Below, in pieces: positions 25,093-33,935 of a stretch of 47,314 nucleotides of DNA. Positions within the stretch are counted from its first letter, which is position 1. The number at the start of each line of letters is the position of its first letter. The notes beneath the pieces were generated by a model that saw only the letters and a list, made by a program, of their open reading frames with translations, ran no database searches and had not been told where the DNA came from. Position numbers and translations under genes: made by a program. This DNA is from Bacteroidota bacterium (GTDB lineage Bacteria; Bacteroidota; Bacteroidia; Bacteroidales; FEN-979): contig JAPLDG010000214.1 in assembly GCA_026391845.1 (NCBI GenBank), forward strand, positions 16,019 through 63,332. The letters are read 5' to 3'.

Positions 25093-27537
25093 CTATACCC
25101 TGGATGCACGGATGATGTCGGCAAAAATTCCGGAAGCGGTGACATCAGCTCCTGCACCGGCTCCTTTGATAACCAATGGCTGCTGCACATAACGGTTGGT
25201 ATAAAACAGCACAACATTGTCTTTTCCATAAAGATGGAACAGATCGTGATCTTTGCCGACATGCTGCAATCCTACCCATGCTTTCCCGCAATCGAGACTG
25301 GCAACAAACTTTAATTTGCAGCCTTCTTGCATAGCTTTGCTGTACAATGAAAAGAAATGAGCTTCATGTTTCTCCATCTCAAGGTAGAAATTGGCGACAT
25401 CACCTTGCATGCAAGAATCCGGCAGGAAAGAGTTGCTTCTGATCTCTTCCATTTCCATCTCATATCCTGCTTCCCTGGACAGAATAAGCAGTTTTCTCAT
25501 CACATCGGTACCGCTCAGGTCGATGCGGGGATCCGGTTCGGCATATCCCTCATCCTGTGCTTGTTTCACAATGCGGGCAAACGGAACGGTCCCATCATAA
25601 TTGTTGAATACGAAATTAAGGGTGCCAGAAAGGACAGCCTCAATCCGGTTCACCTTATCTCCGCTGCGCATCAGGTCATTCAAGGTTCCGATAATGGGTA
25701 AACCGGCTCCGACATTGGTTTCAAAAAGGTAGGCGGTATTGTATTCCCGGGCAAGATGCTTCAACAATTGAAAATTTTCATACGACGATGAACTGGCTAT
25801 TTTATTGCAGGCCACCACAGCCACACTTTTTCTCAGCAAAGTCTCGTACCACCTTGTAACTGATTCACTAGATGTTACATCGACAAAAATGGGATTGCGC
25901 AGGTTTTTTTGTTCAATAAAAGCAACGAAATCTGGAAATTCCATAGGCACACCTTGTTTCAATGTTTCCTGCCAGGTTTGCAAATTAATTCCATCTTCGT
26001 TTAAAACCATTTTTGTGCTGTTGCTGATCCCAACCACCCTGAGCTGAAGGCGAAGATGGTCAAGCAGATATTGCTGCTGCTTCTTCAATTGGGCCATCAG
26101 GCGGCTGCCAACGTTCCCTACACCGGTAATATAAAGGTTGACCTGTTTGTAGGCCGTTTCGAAAAACTCCTCGTGCAACACATTGATTGCTTTCTTCACA
26201 TCAACGGTGTTGATCACTGTCGAAATGTTTTTTTCAGACGAGCCTTGTGCAATTGCCCGGATATTGACACTGTTGCGCCCCAGTGCATCAAACATTTTGC
26301 CACTGATCCCCGTATGGTTTTTCATATTATCACCAACCAAAGCGATAATAGACAACCCCGTTTCCAATTGAAGTGGGTCAACCTTGCCGGCAATAATTTC
26401 GTTTGCAAATTCTTCATCCACGGCTTTTCTTGCCTTTTCGGCATTCGATTCATCAATCGCCGCGCAGATTGAGTGTTCCGAGGAACTTTGGGTAATCAGG
26501 ATTACATTTATTTTTTCTTCAGACAGCGCTCCGAACAATCGCCTGGAAAAGCCCGGAATACCAACCATACCACTGCCTTCAAGGCTTAGAAACGCCATTT
26601 TCCCGATACTTGAAATTCCTCTAACGGTATTCCTATTTTCGGAAACGCTGCTTTCGATTAATGTGCCATAATCATCGGGCGCAAAGGTGTTTTTTATCCA
26701 AACCGGAATCTCCTTTTTCATAACTGGCTGGATGGTAGGTGGATAAATCACCCTGGCTCCGAAATGAGACAGTTCCATTGCCTCTTTATATGAGATATAT
26801 GGTATTGCCTTTGCATTGGTCACCAGCCGCGGATCTGCAGTCATCATACCACTCACATCCGTCCATATTTCAAGCGCTGTGGCATCGGTGGCGGCAGCAA
26901 GGATTGCGGCGGTATAATCCGAACCACCTCTGCCAAGGGTCGTGGTGACCCCATTGCTGTCGGAGGCAATAAATCCGGGAACAATATAGAGTTGTGCCGG
27001 ATTTTGAAGCAGATATTCTCCGAGTGCTCCGGCCGTAAAATCGAAATCAGGAACCGCAAATCCGAAGGCAGAATCAGTACGGATGACCTTTCGTGCATCG
27101 AGCCATTGGTTTTCAACTCGCACCGACTGGAAGGCGGCTGAGATGATCTTTGACGAAAGCAATTCACCATGACTCAAAATACTATCCAGGGTGCGGGATG
27201 AAAGTTCACGAAGCAAAAAAACAGCTTCATATATCCGGTCAAGTTCGTTGAATTTTTCCGACACAAATTCGAGCAGGTTCTGCTGCAATATAACGGGCAG
27301 CAATTCCTGCACGACAGTTTCATGCCGGAAACCGAATTCCCTTAATTTTTCTTTGTAGGCCGGATGATGTGAAGCAGCCATTTTGCCGATCTCAATCAGC
27401 ATGTCGGTGGCGCCGCCCAACGCAGATACCACAACGATAGTTTGATCTTTCAGATACGCTTTTTGAACAACAGCTATGACTTTCCGAATATTCTCCGCAT
27501 TCGCAACCGAGGTTCCTCCAAATTTCAGTACTTGCAT
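25093..27537 (-). CDS. thrA: Bifunctional aspartokinase / homoserine dehydrogenase
   Basis: KFGGTSV, TLGRGGSDYTA, ACT domains, GVGNVG, ETNVGAGLPII and GAGAGADVTA. Confidence 0.95.
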   Translation of the reverse strand: MQVLKFGGTSVANAENIRKVIAVVQKAYLKDQTIVVVSALGGATDMLIEIGKMAASHHPAYKEKLREFGFRHETVVQELLPVILQQNLLEFVSEKFNELDRIYEAVFLLRELSSRTLDSILSHGELLSSKIISAAFQSVRVENQWLDARKVIRTDSAFGFAVPDFDFTAGALGEYLLQNPAQLYIVPGFIASDSNGVTTTLGRGGSDYTAAILAAATDATALEIWTDVSGMMTADPRLVTNAKAIPYISYKEAMELSHFGARVIYPPTIQPVMKKEIPVWIKNTFAPDDYGTLIESSVSENRNTVRGISSIGKMAFLSLEGSGMVGIPGFSRRLFGALSEEKINVILITQSSSEHSICAAIDESNAEKARKAVDEEFANEIIAGKVDPLQLETGLSIIALVGDNMKNHTGISGKMFDALGRNSVNIRAIAQGSSEKNISTVINTVDVKKAINVLHEEFFETAYKQVNLYITGVGNVGSRLMAQLKKQQQYLLDHLRLQLRVVGISNSTKMVLNEDGINLQTWQETLKQGVPMEFPDFVAFIEQKNLRNPIFVDVTSSESVTRWYETLLRKSVAVVACNKIASSSSYENFQLLKHLAREYNTAYLFETNVGAGLPIIGTLNDLMRSGDKVNRIEAVLSGTLNFVFNNYDGTVPFARIVKQAQDEGYAEPDPRIDLSGTDVMRKLLILSREAGYEMEMEEIRSNSFLPDSCMQGDVANFYLEMEKHEAHFFSLYSKAMQEGCKLKFVASLDCGKAWVGLQHVGKDHDLFHLYGKDNVVLFYTNRYVQQPLVIKGAGAGADVTASGIFADIIRASRV

Positions 27538-27559
27538 TTTTTACGTTTTTAAAGAGGTA

Positions 27560-27641
27560 CAAATATATAAATATTAATATGTTTTATGAATTAGCACGCT
27601 GGAAATTGAAATTCCCATGAATTTCAATTTCATTACCTTTG
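27560..27641. promoter_or_regulatory. Divergent promoters with a perfect 13-bp inverted repeat between them
   Basis: TATATTTG on - (27560-27567), TACCTTTG on + (27634-27641), and GAAATTGAAATTC-ccat-GAATTTCAATTTC at 27602-27631. Confidence 0.65.
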
Positions 27642-27672
27642 TATTCAAATATCATCTGGAAAAATAAACAAC

Positions 27673-28032
27673 ATGCCCTTTTTCCCAAAACTCCTGCTGA
27701 CTTCGGTCGCCATTCTCATTGCCGGCTATTTTTTACCCGGAATACATGTCAGCTCTTTCTGGACAGCATTGCTTGTTGCATTGGTGCTGAGTTTTCTGAA
27801 TGTATTTCTGAAACCGCTGATGGTTATCCTCACAATCCCTTTTACTGTTATAACATTCGGTTTGTTTTTATTGGTCATCAATGCATTCATCATTATGATT
27901 GCAGGTGCATGGGTGAATGGGTTTAAAGTAGATGGTTTCTGGTGGGCGATGCTGTTCAGCATTATTCTGTCTGTCATTTCTTCACTATTGGAAAGGTTGG
28001 TAAAACACGATGAAAGCGCGCGCAATTTTTGA
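27673..28032 (+). CDS. 4-TM 'phage holin family' (YvlD-like) membrane protein
   Basis: LN.FLKP...LTIP.T.ITFGLFLLVINA and GF.VDGFWWA.LFS signatures; no phage context. Confidence 0.88.
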   Translation: MPFFPKLLLTSVAILIAGYFLPGIHVSSFWTALLVALVLSFLNVFLKPLMVILTIPFTVITFGLFLLVINAFIIMIAGAWVNGFKVDGFWWAMLFSIILSVISSLLERLVKHDESARNF

Positions 28033-28471
28033 GAAAGCAGAGTTCATTGATGTAATTCAACGGAGCCAGCATTGCCACCTTTCCATGGTTGATCTGGAAG
28101 GTAAGCCTTACGTGATTCCTATGAATTTCGGCTACAAAGACGACACCATCTACCTTCACGGAGCTCAACATGGCAAAAAGATAGACATTCTGAGCCGGCA
28201 TCCTGACGTGTGCATCAATTTCACGACCGATCATCTGTTGCGTTACCAAAATGAATCTGTAGCCTGCTCATGGAGCATGAAATACCGCAGTGTGCTATGC
28301 TACGGTCAGGCAGAATTCATCAAAGATTCCGCAGAAAAAATTGCCGCATTTCACATTGTCATGGCTCAATACACAAAGGGTGAATTCAAATTCAACCCGC
28401 CTTCCATCCGCGAGGTTTGCGTGTGGAAAGTCAACGTGTTAACATACGAAGGAAGGGCCTACGGATATTAA
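28010..28471 (+). CDS. Pyridoxamine 5'-phosphate oxidase-like flavin-binding protein (NimA-related family)
   Basis: PYVIPMNFGY...IYLHGA..GKK.D and YRSV..G motifs. Confidence 0.85.
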   Translation: MKARAIFEKAEFIDVIQRSQHCHLSMVDLEGKPYVIPMNFGYKDDTIYLHGAQHGKKIDILSRHPDVCINFTTDHLLRYQNESVACSWSMKYRSVLCYGQAEFIKDSAEKIAAFHIVMAQYTKGEFKFNPPSIREVCVWKVNVLTYEGRAYGY

Positions 28472-28491
28472 TTCTGCTGCTTCGGCACCCG

Positions 28492-29187
28492 TTATTCCTT
28501 GTCAAACCCGAATTTCCATACAAGCGCAGAGAGAATTGCGCCGGCGATCGGTGCAACAAAGAACAGCCATAATTGGGAAAGCGCTTTGCCGCCTGCAAAA
28601 AGCGCCGGCCCAAGGCTCCGGGCAGGGTTAACTGATGTTCCGGTAACAGGAATAGTGACCAGATGGATCAGCATCAGGGTGACACCGATGGCCAGTCCGG
28701 CCATTGCACCATTTCCGAATTTGGAAGTTGTTGCGAGGATCACGAAAATGAAGAGGAAGGTCATAACAAGTTCAATAACGAATGCACTTAACGTATTAAA
28801 GCCACCAAGGTACCCTTCGCCCCACCCATTGGATGCCAGCGCCCATTCACCCATGGTAAAACCCGGCTGGCCTGTTTTGATAAGATACAACACTCCCGCT
28901 CCCAGGATCGCACCGAGACATTGTGCAACAATATACCCGATGGCATCCTTGATTTCAATTTTTCCTGCCACAAGAACACCAATAGTGACAGCCGGATTGA
29001 CATGGCAGCCGGAAATTCCACCGATGGCATAGGCCATGGCTACCACGGCAAAGCCAAAAGCAACAGCTATTCCCAACAGGCCAATACCGTTGATCGCAGG
29101 CAAATTTGCTCCGGCAATGCTTGCAGCGCCGCAGCCAAACAGGACAAGACTAAATGTACCAACACATTCTGCTAAATACTTTTTCAT
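28492..29187 (-). CDS. aqpZ: Aquaporin Z
   Basis: ISGCHVNPAVT and TSVNPARS NPA motifs; F/H/T/R selectivity residues of water-type channels; ASNGWG. Confidence 0.92.
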   Translation of the reverse strand: MKKYLAECVGTFSLVLFGCGAASIAGANLPAINGIGLLGIAVAFGFAVVAMAYAIGGISGCHVNPAVTIGVLVAGKIEIKDAIGYIVAQCLGAILGAGVLYLIKTGQPGFTMGEWALASNGWGEGYLGGFNTLSAFVIELVMTFLFIFVILATTSKFGNGAMAGLAIGVTLMLIHLVTIPVTGTSVNPARSLGPALFAGGKALSQLWLFFVAPIAGAILSALVWKFGFDKE

Positions 29188-29240
29188 GGTTTCAGGGGTT
29201 TAATGAATGTTTAAGATGAATTAATTGTGGTATAATTGAA

Positions 29241-29687
29241 TCAGTCAACATTTTTAAGCAACATAATTTCTTTGTCATCCTCTTTGAAGACGAGACAGTT
29301 CTTTCCGAATGAATATTGATAGGTCTTCCCGTTTAAAAGCGTCCCCAGCTGTACACCTTTCTCATTTCCAGGGCATGCCATCTTTGTACTGACCATTTCT
29401 GTAAAACTGATTGTTTTTTCTGTCGCTGTAAAAGATCCTCCAATATGGTTGCAGCCGTCGTGTCCGCCTACCCTTTGTTCACCAACAAAAATTTCGAGGG
29501 TAGGAAGGCCTTTTGCATAGTCACCAGGGAGCAGTGATCTCCCATTCACCTTCTCAACCACCCATATGTTGTTGAGCCTTGGATCAGGATTAACTGCAGG
29601 CCCCGATGCATCGGTAGCCTTGAGTGTTTTGCATCCTGAAAATATAACCAGGAAACCTGCCAGGATTAAAAAACATCGTTTGTTCAT
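29241..29687 (-). CDS. META-domain (HslJ-like) lipoprotein
   Basis: Lipobox FSG|C; G..GCN...G and STKMAC motifs. Start placed at ATG 29687. Confidence 0.88.
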   Translation of the reverse strand: MNKRCFLILAGFLVIFSGCKTLKATDASGPAVNPDPRLNNIWVVEKVNGRSLLPGDYAKGLPTLEIFVGEQRVGGHDGCNHIGGSFTATEKTISFTEMVSTKMACPGNEKGVQLGTLLNGKTYQYSFGKNCLVFKEDDKEIMLLKNVD

Positions 29688-29820
29688 GGTGATAAATGAG
29701 GCATTTGCACAACATACCGGATTCAAAAATAAAACTTTTCCCGATAATAACAATATAATTCCAGGCCATGGAAGTTTTCACTTTCGACATCAATGCAATG
29801 ATCAGCCGGTCAGGATGAAT

Positions 29821-30384
29821 CTACTTAAGTTTATATACCACACCGATGTTTGCAAAGGTCGAGTTATATCCTACTTCTCCGTAGATTCCAATCACCTTGG
29901 TGAAAAAATAGGAGGCCCCCAGGAAAAACCCGGCATAAGGATATAAGGGGCTATACCCGCTGCTCCCGGGATGATTGTCCCAACCATGTGCGCAAAACCC
30001 GATTCCGAGCGGGATTCCGCCGTAAGTATCCAAACCTTCAACATCCCAGCCGTAATGATAGGCCGCGCGGCCGCCAAATATAAAATTGGCCCATGATTCG
30101 TTCCAGCCGGACCCGTAATGGTGACTGAAAAATGAAAATGTCGCTTCGCCTCCAAGTGTGATCACACCCGGACCCAGATCCCACATTCCCTTTTCAAAAG
30201 ATCCCTTTATTGCGGGGCCAAACCCAGCCCCGTTGCCAAAATAAGGTGTACCAGGCCCAACGCTTGCATTGACAATCCAGGTATTTAACCTTACTGGATC
30301 AAGAGGCCCCTTTGAATAAGCCGAAATGTGGGAAAACAATCCAAAGAGCGCTATCACGAGAACAACCAAAATTATTTTTTTCAT
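29821..30384 (-). CDS. Small outer-membrane beta-barrel protein
   Basis: Signal peptide; amphipathic strands (RAAYHY, LDTYGG, GASYFF, YGEVGY); terminal IGVVYKL. Confidence 0.75.
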   Translation of the reverse strand: MKKIILVVLVIALFGLFSHISAYSKGPLDPVRLNTWIVNASVGPGTPYFGNGAGFGPAIKGSFEKGMWDLGPGVITLGGEATFSFFSHHYGSGWNESWANFIFGGRAAYHYGWDVEGLDTYGGIPLGIGFCAHGWDNHPGSSGYSPLYPYAGFFLGASYFFTKVIGIYGEVGYNSTFANIGVVYKLK

Positions 30385-30528
30385 AAAATCAATACTTAGT
30401 AAGACAGATTAACCAAGCCGGTAATGACCAAAGGCTTTACCCAATCTAACGTATGATTTTTTAAAATGATATATCCTGAAATGAATTTTCCGGGAAGAAG
30501 CAGCAAACGCCTGAGAAGCCAGCGTTGA

Positions 30529-31104
30529 TTATTCAGTTTGAAAATTAATCGGTTTTCGGACAAACCAGCCGGATAACTGGCCAAAACACCATCCAATCAA
30601 CCCGCCGGCAATCCAGCCGGCTATAATATCTCCAGGGTAATGTACCCCGAGGTATATCCGGGAATAAGCCATGAATAATGCCCATACGAGCATCAGCAAT
30701 GGAAAACAGGGGAATGGTCTGCCCAGAAGAATGATCATATATACCGCGATGGCCAGGTTTGTTGAGGCATGCGCAGAATAAAACCCGAACCGACCGCCAA
30801 AGTATCCATTCACCGTATGCAAGCCGGTCAAACCAGGTTCATATGTCGGGCGGGGCCTGACAACCATATCTTTGGAAATATTTGCAAGCTGATCGCTGAA
30901 AAGGATCATGATGGCTGCAAAAAGTAAAATCCAGAAAGTATGCCACCTGTATCTCCTGACTAACAAGTACAGCAGCAAAATATACAATGGCAACCAGCTG
31001 ACGGGATTGGTTCCCCAGTAAACGATCGGATCAAAAAATGAGGAATGATGCCCATTCAGAAACAGGAACAATGTTTGATCAAATGATTTCAGGCTTTCCA
31101 GCAT
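30529..31104 (-). CDS. PAP2-family membrane phosphatase
   Basis: K......RPRP, S.HA and SRIYLGVHYP.D motifs. Confidence 0.92.
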   Translation of the reverse strand: MLESLKSFDQTLFLFLNGHHSSFFDPIVYWGTNPVSWLPLYILLLYLLVRRYRWHTFWILLFAAIMILFSDQLANISKDMVVRPRPTYEPGLTGLHTVNGYFGGRFGFYSAHASTNLAIAVYMIILLGRPFPCFPLLMLVWALFMAYSRIYLGVHYPGDIIAGWIAGGLIGWCFGQLSGWFVRKPINFQTE

Positions 31105-31121
31105 GCAGCAGGTTTAACATT

Positions 31122-31149
31122 TGTCACGCATCACGCGTCACGCGTCACG
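31122..31149 (-). repeat. Heptamer tandem array (CGTGAYR)x4 that supplies the obgE stop codon
   Basis: Minus strand CGTGACG CGTGACG CGTGATG CGTGACA; obgE ends ...TRDA-TGA inside it. Confidence 0.9.
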
Positions 31150-32133
31150 AGTCAACTCCTCCCAAAGCATCTTCTTCAGCTTTTCCAATCCTGTCTGCTT
31201 GTGCGATGAGATAAAAACGGTTGGAAGTTCCGGTAAATCCTTTTTTAATTCATCCAAAATTTCCGCATCGGCCAGGTCAGATTTTGTTATTGCCAGAACA
31301 CGTGTTTTATCCAGCAATTCAGGATTGTACTGAGCAAGCTCATTGAGCAGGATATTGTATTCAGACCGGATATCCCTGGAATCGACAGGTACCATGAACA
31401 GCAGGGTTGAATTTCGCTCAATATGACGTAAAAACCTCAATCCAAGTCCTTTACCCTCATGGGCCCCCTCAATAATGCCGGGGATATCTGCCATGACAAA
31501 TGACTTGTTTTCGTGATACCTTACAATTCCGAGGTTTGGAACAAGTGTGGTAAACGGATAATCAGCGATCTGAGGTTTTGCCGCTGAGATTACCGACAAA
31601 AGTGTCGATTTGCCGGCATTGGGAAAACCGACCAATCCGACATCGGCTAAAAGCTTCAATTCTAACACTTTCCAGAATTCAAGACCGGGCTCACCAGGCT
31701 GGGCGAACTTTGGCGCCTGCCGGGTTGGGGTTTTAAAGTGATCATTTCCAAGTCCTCCCCGACCACCCGGTACGAGGACATGTGTTTGTCCATCTTCAGT
31801 GATCTCACATTCAAACTCACCTGTTTCGGCATCACGTGCGACGGTTCCCAAGGGAACATCTATGACCACATCCTTCCCGTTTGCCCCATGCATGAGCTGC
31901 TTTGATCCGGCTCCGCCATGGTCGGCTTTGAGATGTTTTGTAAACTTCAGATGCAGCAATGTCCAAAACTGGCTGTTCCCTTTCAGAATGACATGCCCTC
32001 CCCTGCCGCCGTCACCGCCGTCCGGTCCGCCATGGGCGTTGGTTCTGGTGCGCATAAAATGCCTCGATCCAGCGCCTCCGTTACCCGAAGCGCAATGGAT
32101 CTTTACGTAATCAACGAAGTTTGAATCAGACAA
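31138..32133 (-). CDS. obgE: GTPase ObgE
   Basis: Gly-rich Obg fold ([12 protein letters not shown]), [18 protein letters not shown] and TKSD. TTG start at 32133 gives (M)SDSNFVD. Confidence 0.97.
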   Translation of the reverse strand: MSDSNFVDYVKIHCASGNGGAGSRHFMRTRTNAHGGPDGGDGGRGGHVILKGNSQFWTLLHLKFTKHLKADHGGAGSKQLMHGANGKDVVIDVPLGTVARDAETGEFECEITEDGQTHVLVPGGRGGLGNDHFKTPTRQAPKFAQPGEPGLEFWKVLELKLLADVGLVGFPNAGKSTLLSVISAAKPQIADYPFTTLVPNLGIVRYHENKSFVMADIPGIIEGAHEGKGLGLRFLRHIERNSTLLFMVPVDSRDIRSEYNILLNELAQYNPELLDKTRVLAITKSDLADAEILDELKKDLPELPTVFISSHKQTGLEKLKKMLWEELTRDA

Positions 32134-32143
32134 TGTATTTTTT

Positions 32144-32171
32144 CGATTAAACGATTTACGATTTACGGTTT
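32144..32171 (-). repeat. Heptamer tandem array (AAATCGT-like) that contains the adk stop codon
   Basis: Minus strand AAACCGT AAATCGT AAATCGT TTAATCG. Confidence 0.75.
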
Positions 32172-32729
32172 GATGACAGCGCAAAGCTGGCTGAAAATAT
32201 CATCAATAGAGCCTACCCCGTAAACCTCCTGGTATAACTTTTTGTCAATATAATAGTCTGTCAGCGGTTTGGTGTGATGATGATACTGAACCAGGCGGTT
32301 TTTTACCACCTCCTCCGTATCGTCCTTCCGACCCTGCTCCAATGCCCGTTTGAGCAGGCGCTTGACCAACTCATCCTCGTCCACCTCGAGGGCGAGTACT
32401 TGTGTGACTTTCTGGCCATGCTTCAACAACATTTTATCAAGTTCCTCAGCCTGGTTTATTGTGCGTGGAAACCCGTCGAGAACAAACCCTTTGACAGTAC
32501 TGTTCTTTAAAAATACAGATTCCATGATTTCGATCAGCAATTCATCGGAAACCAGGTGCCCGGCCTCCATCACCGATTTGACTTTTAAGCCCAAAGGGGT
32601 TCCCTGGCTTACTTCTGCGCGCAGGATATCTCCGGTTGATACGTGTTTCCAACCAAATGTTTCAGCAATTTTAACAGCCTGGGTACCTTTTCCGGCGCCC
32701 GGAGGTCCAAATAGGATCAGATTGAACAT
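32163..32729 (-). CDS. adk: Adenylate kinase (short LID)
   Basis: [24 protein letters not shown] and GRKDD motifs. Confidence 0.97.
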   Translation of the reverse strand: MFNLILFGPPGAGKGTQAVKIAETFGWKHVSTGDILRAEVSQGTPLGLKVKSVMEAGHLVSDELLIEIMESVFLKNSTVKGFVLDGFPRTINQAEELDKMLLKHGQKVTQVLALEVDEDELVKRLLKRALEQGRKDDTEEVVKNRLVQYHHHTKPLTDYYIDKKLYQEVYGVGSIDDIFSQLCAVIKP

Positions 32730-32738
32730 AACTTCAGA

Positions 32739-33275
32739 TTATTTTGAAATTTTATAAATATCAGGCAGATTTCTGCCATACCCATCATAATCCAGTCCGT
32801 AACCAACAATGAAGTCATTGGGGATTTTCAACCCCACATAGTCGATCGGGAAATCTTTCTGAAAAGCGTCAGGCTTAAAACAGAAACAGGCGACTTTTAT
32901 GTCAGCAGGATTTTTTCCCTTCACGTCACCAAGCAGCTTATCCATGGTGATACCCGTATCCACAATATCTTCAACGATAATAATATGTCTGCCGGTGAAA
33001 TCCTCATCAATTCCAATCAGTTCCTTTACATTTTCCGTTGTAGTAGTTCCCGAATACGAGGCGAACTTCACGAAAGAAATTTCGCAAGGAATGGTGATTT
33101 TGCGCATTAAATCGGAGGCAAAAATAAAGGCGCCATTCAGGATAGCAAGAAGGAGTGGGTTCTTTCCGTCATAATCGCGGTTGATGTCATCTGCAACTTT
33201 TTGCACAGCCACATCTATATCTTCCTTGCCGATGAACTTTTCGAAAGTCAACTCCCTTACCTGTACCTTTGTCAT
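32739..33275 (-). CDS. hpt: Hypoxanthine phosphoribosyltransferase
   Basis: LNGAFIFASDL, SYSGT, IVEDIVDTG (PRPP motif) and FIVGYGLDY..GRNL. Start placed at ATG 33275. Confidence 0.95.
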   Translation of the reverse strand: MTKVQVRELTFEKFIGKEDIDVAVQKVADDINRDYDGKNPLLLAILNGAFIFASDLMRKITIPCEISFVKFASYSGTTTTENVKELIGIDEDFTGRHIIIVEDIVDTGITMDKLLGDVKGKNPADIKVACFCFKPDAFQKDFPIDYVGLKIPNDFIVGYGLDYDGYGRNLPDIYKISK

Positions 33276-33299
33276 AATCAATGATATATTTCTTTCGCA

Positions 33300-33328
33300 C
33301 AAAGGTAGTCAAAATATGTTTAATTTTG
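33300..33328. promoter_or_regulatory. Back-to-back -7 elements for hpt and purE
   Basis: TACCTTTG on - (33300-33307) and TAATTTTG on + (33321-33328). Confidence 0.65.
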
Positions 33329-33352
33329 TGAAGTACCCGGAAATCTGAAATC

Positions 33353-33859
33353 ATGGAAGCCAAAGTCAGCATTATCATGGGCAGCACTTCTGATCTACCG
33401 GTCATGGAAGCGGCAGCCAAATTTCTGAACGATATGCACATCCCTTTTGAGATGAATGCCCTTTCAGCCCACAGGACCCCTGAAAAAGTAGAAGAGTTTG
33501 CGAAGAACGCGTATCAGCGCGGAATCCGCGTCATCATTGCCGCAGCCGGCATGGCAGCGCATTTACCCGGTGTGATCGCAGCATCTACCACTCTGCCTGT
33601 TATTGGCGTTCCTATCAAAGCTTCCCTGGAAGGAATAGATGCCCTGCTCGCCATCGTCCAGATGCCCCCGGGAATACCAGTGGCCACTGTCGGGATCAAT
33701 GGCGCGCAGAACGCGGCCATTCTTGCGGCTGAGATCCTCGCTACCAGTGATCAAGTACTGCACAAAAAGATGATCGTGTTCAAAGAAGACCTGAAAAAAA
33801 AGATCATCAAAGCCAACGAAGAGTTGGAAGCGGTGAGGTTTGAATACAGGGTGGGATAA
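33353..33859 (+). CDS. purE: N5-CAIR mutase
   Basis: [22 protein letters not shown] and [11 protein letters not shown] motifs. Confidence 0.97.
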   Translation: MEAKVSIIMGSTSDLPVMEAAAKFLNDMHIPFEMNALSAHRTPEKVEEFAKNAYQRGIRVIIAAAGMAAHLPGVIAASTTLPVIGVPIKASLEGIDALLAIVQMPPGIPVATVGINGAQNAAILAAEILATSDQVLHKKMIVFKEDLKKKIIKANEELEAVRFEYRVG

Positions 33860-33935
33860 TCAGCAGCCCCCAAGCGATATATGGCCTTTAGGCAAGCCAT
33901 TGGCAAATCGCCGGCCATACACTATCAACCATTCT

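Noticed and set aside
27538-27600. Thr/Ile leader-peptide attenuator or lysine/SAM riboswitch before thrA
   Set aside because: The predicted 5' UTR is under about 20 nt; no leader ORF or structure.
27673-28032. Holin-family gene as a prophage remnant
   Set aside because: No endolysin, integrase or structural genes nearby; this family is common in non-phage chromosomal loci.
28499-29032. 177-aa antisense ORF over aqpZ, and similar antisense ORFs over thrA, mutB, the M16 peptidase and adk
   Set aside because: Antisense shadows of conserved genes, with no motifs or independent start signals.
29200-29224. TTAA repeated at 10-11 nt spacing upstream of aqpZ
   Set aside because: A 4-mer in very AT-rich DNA; not distinguishable from chance.
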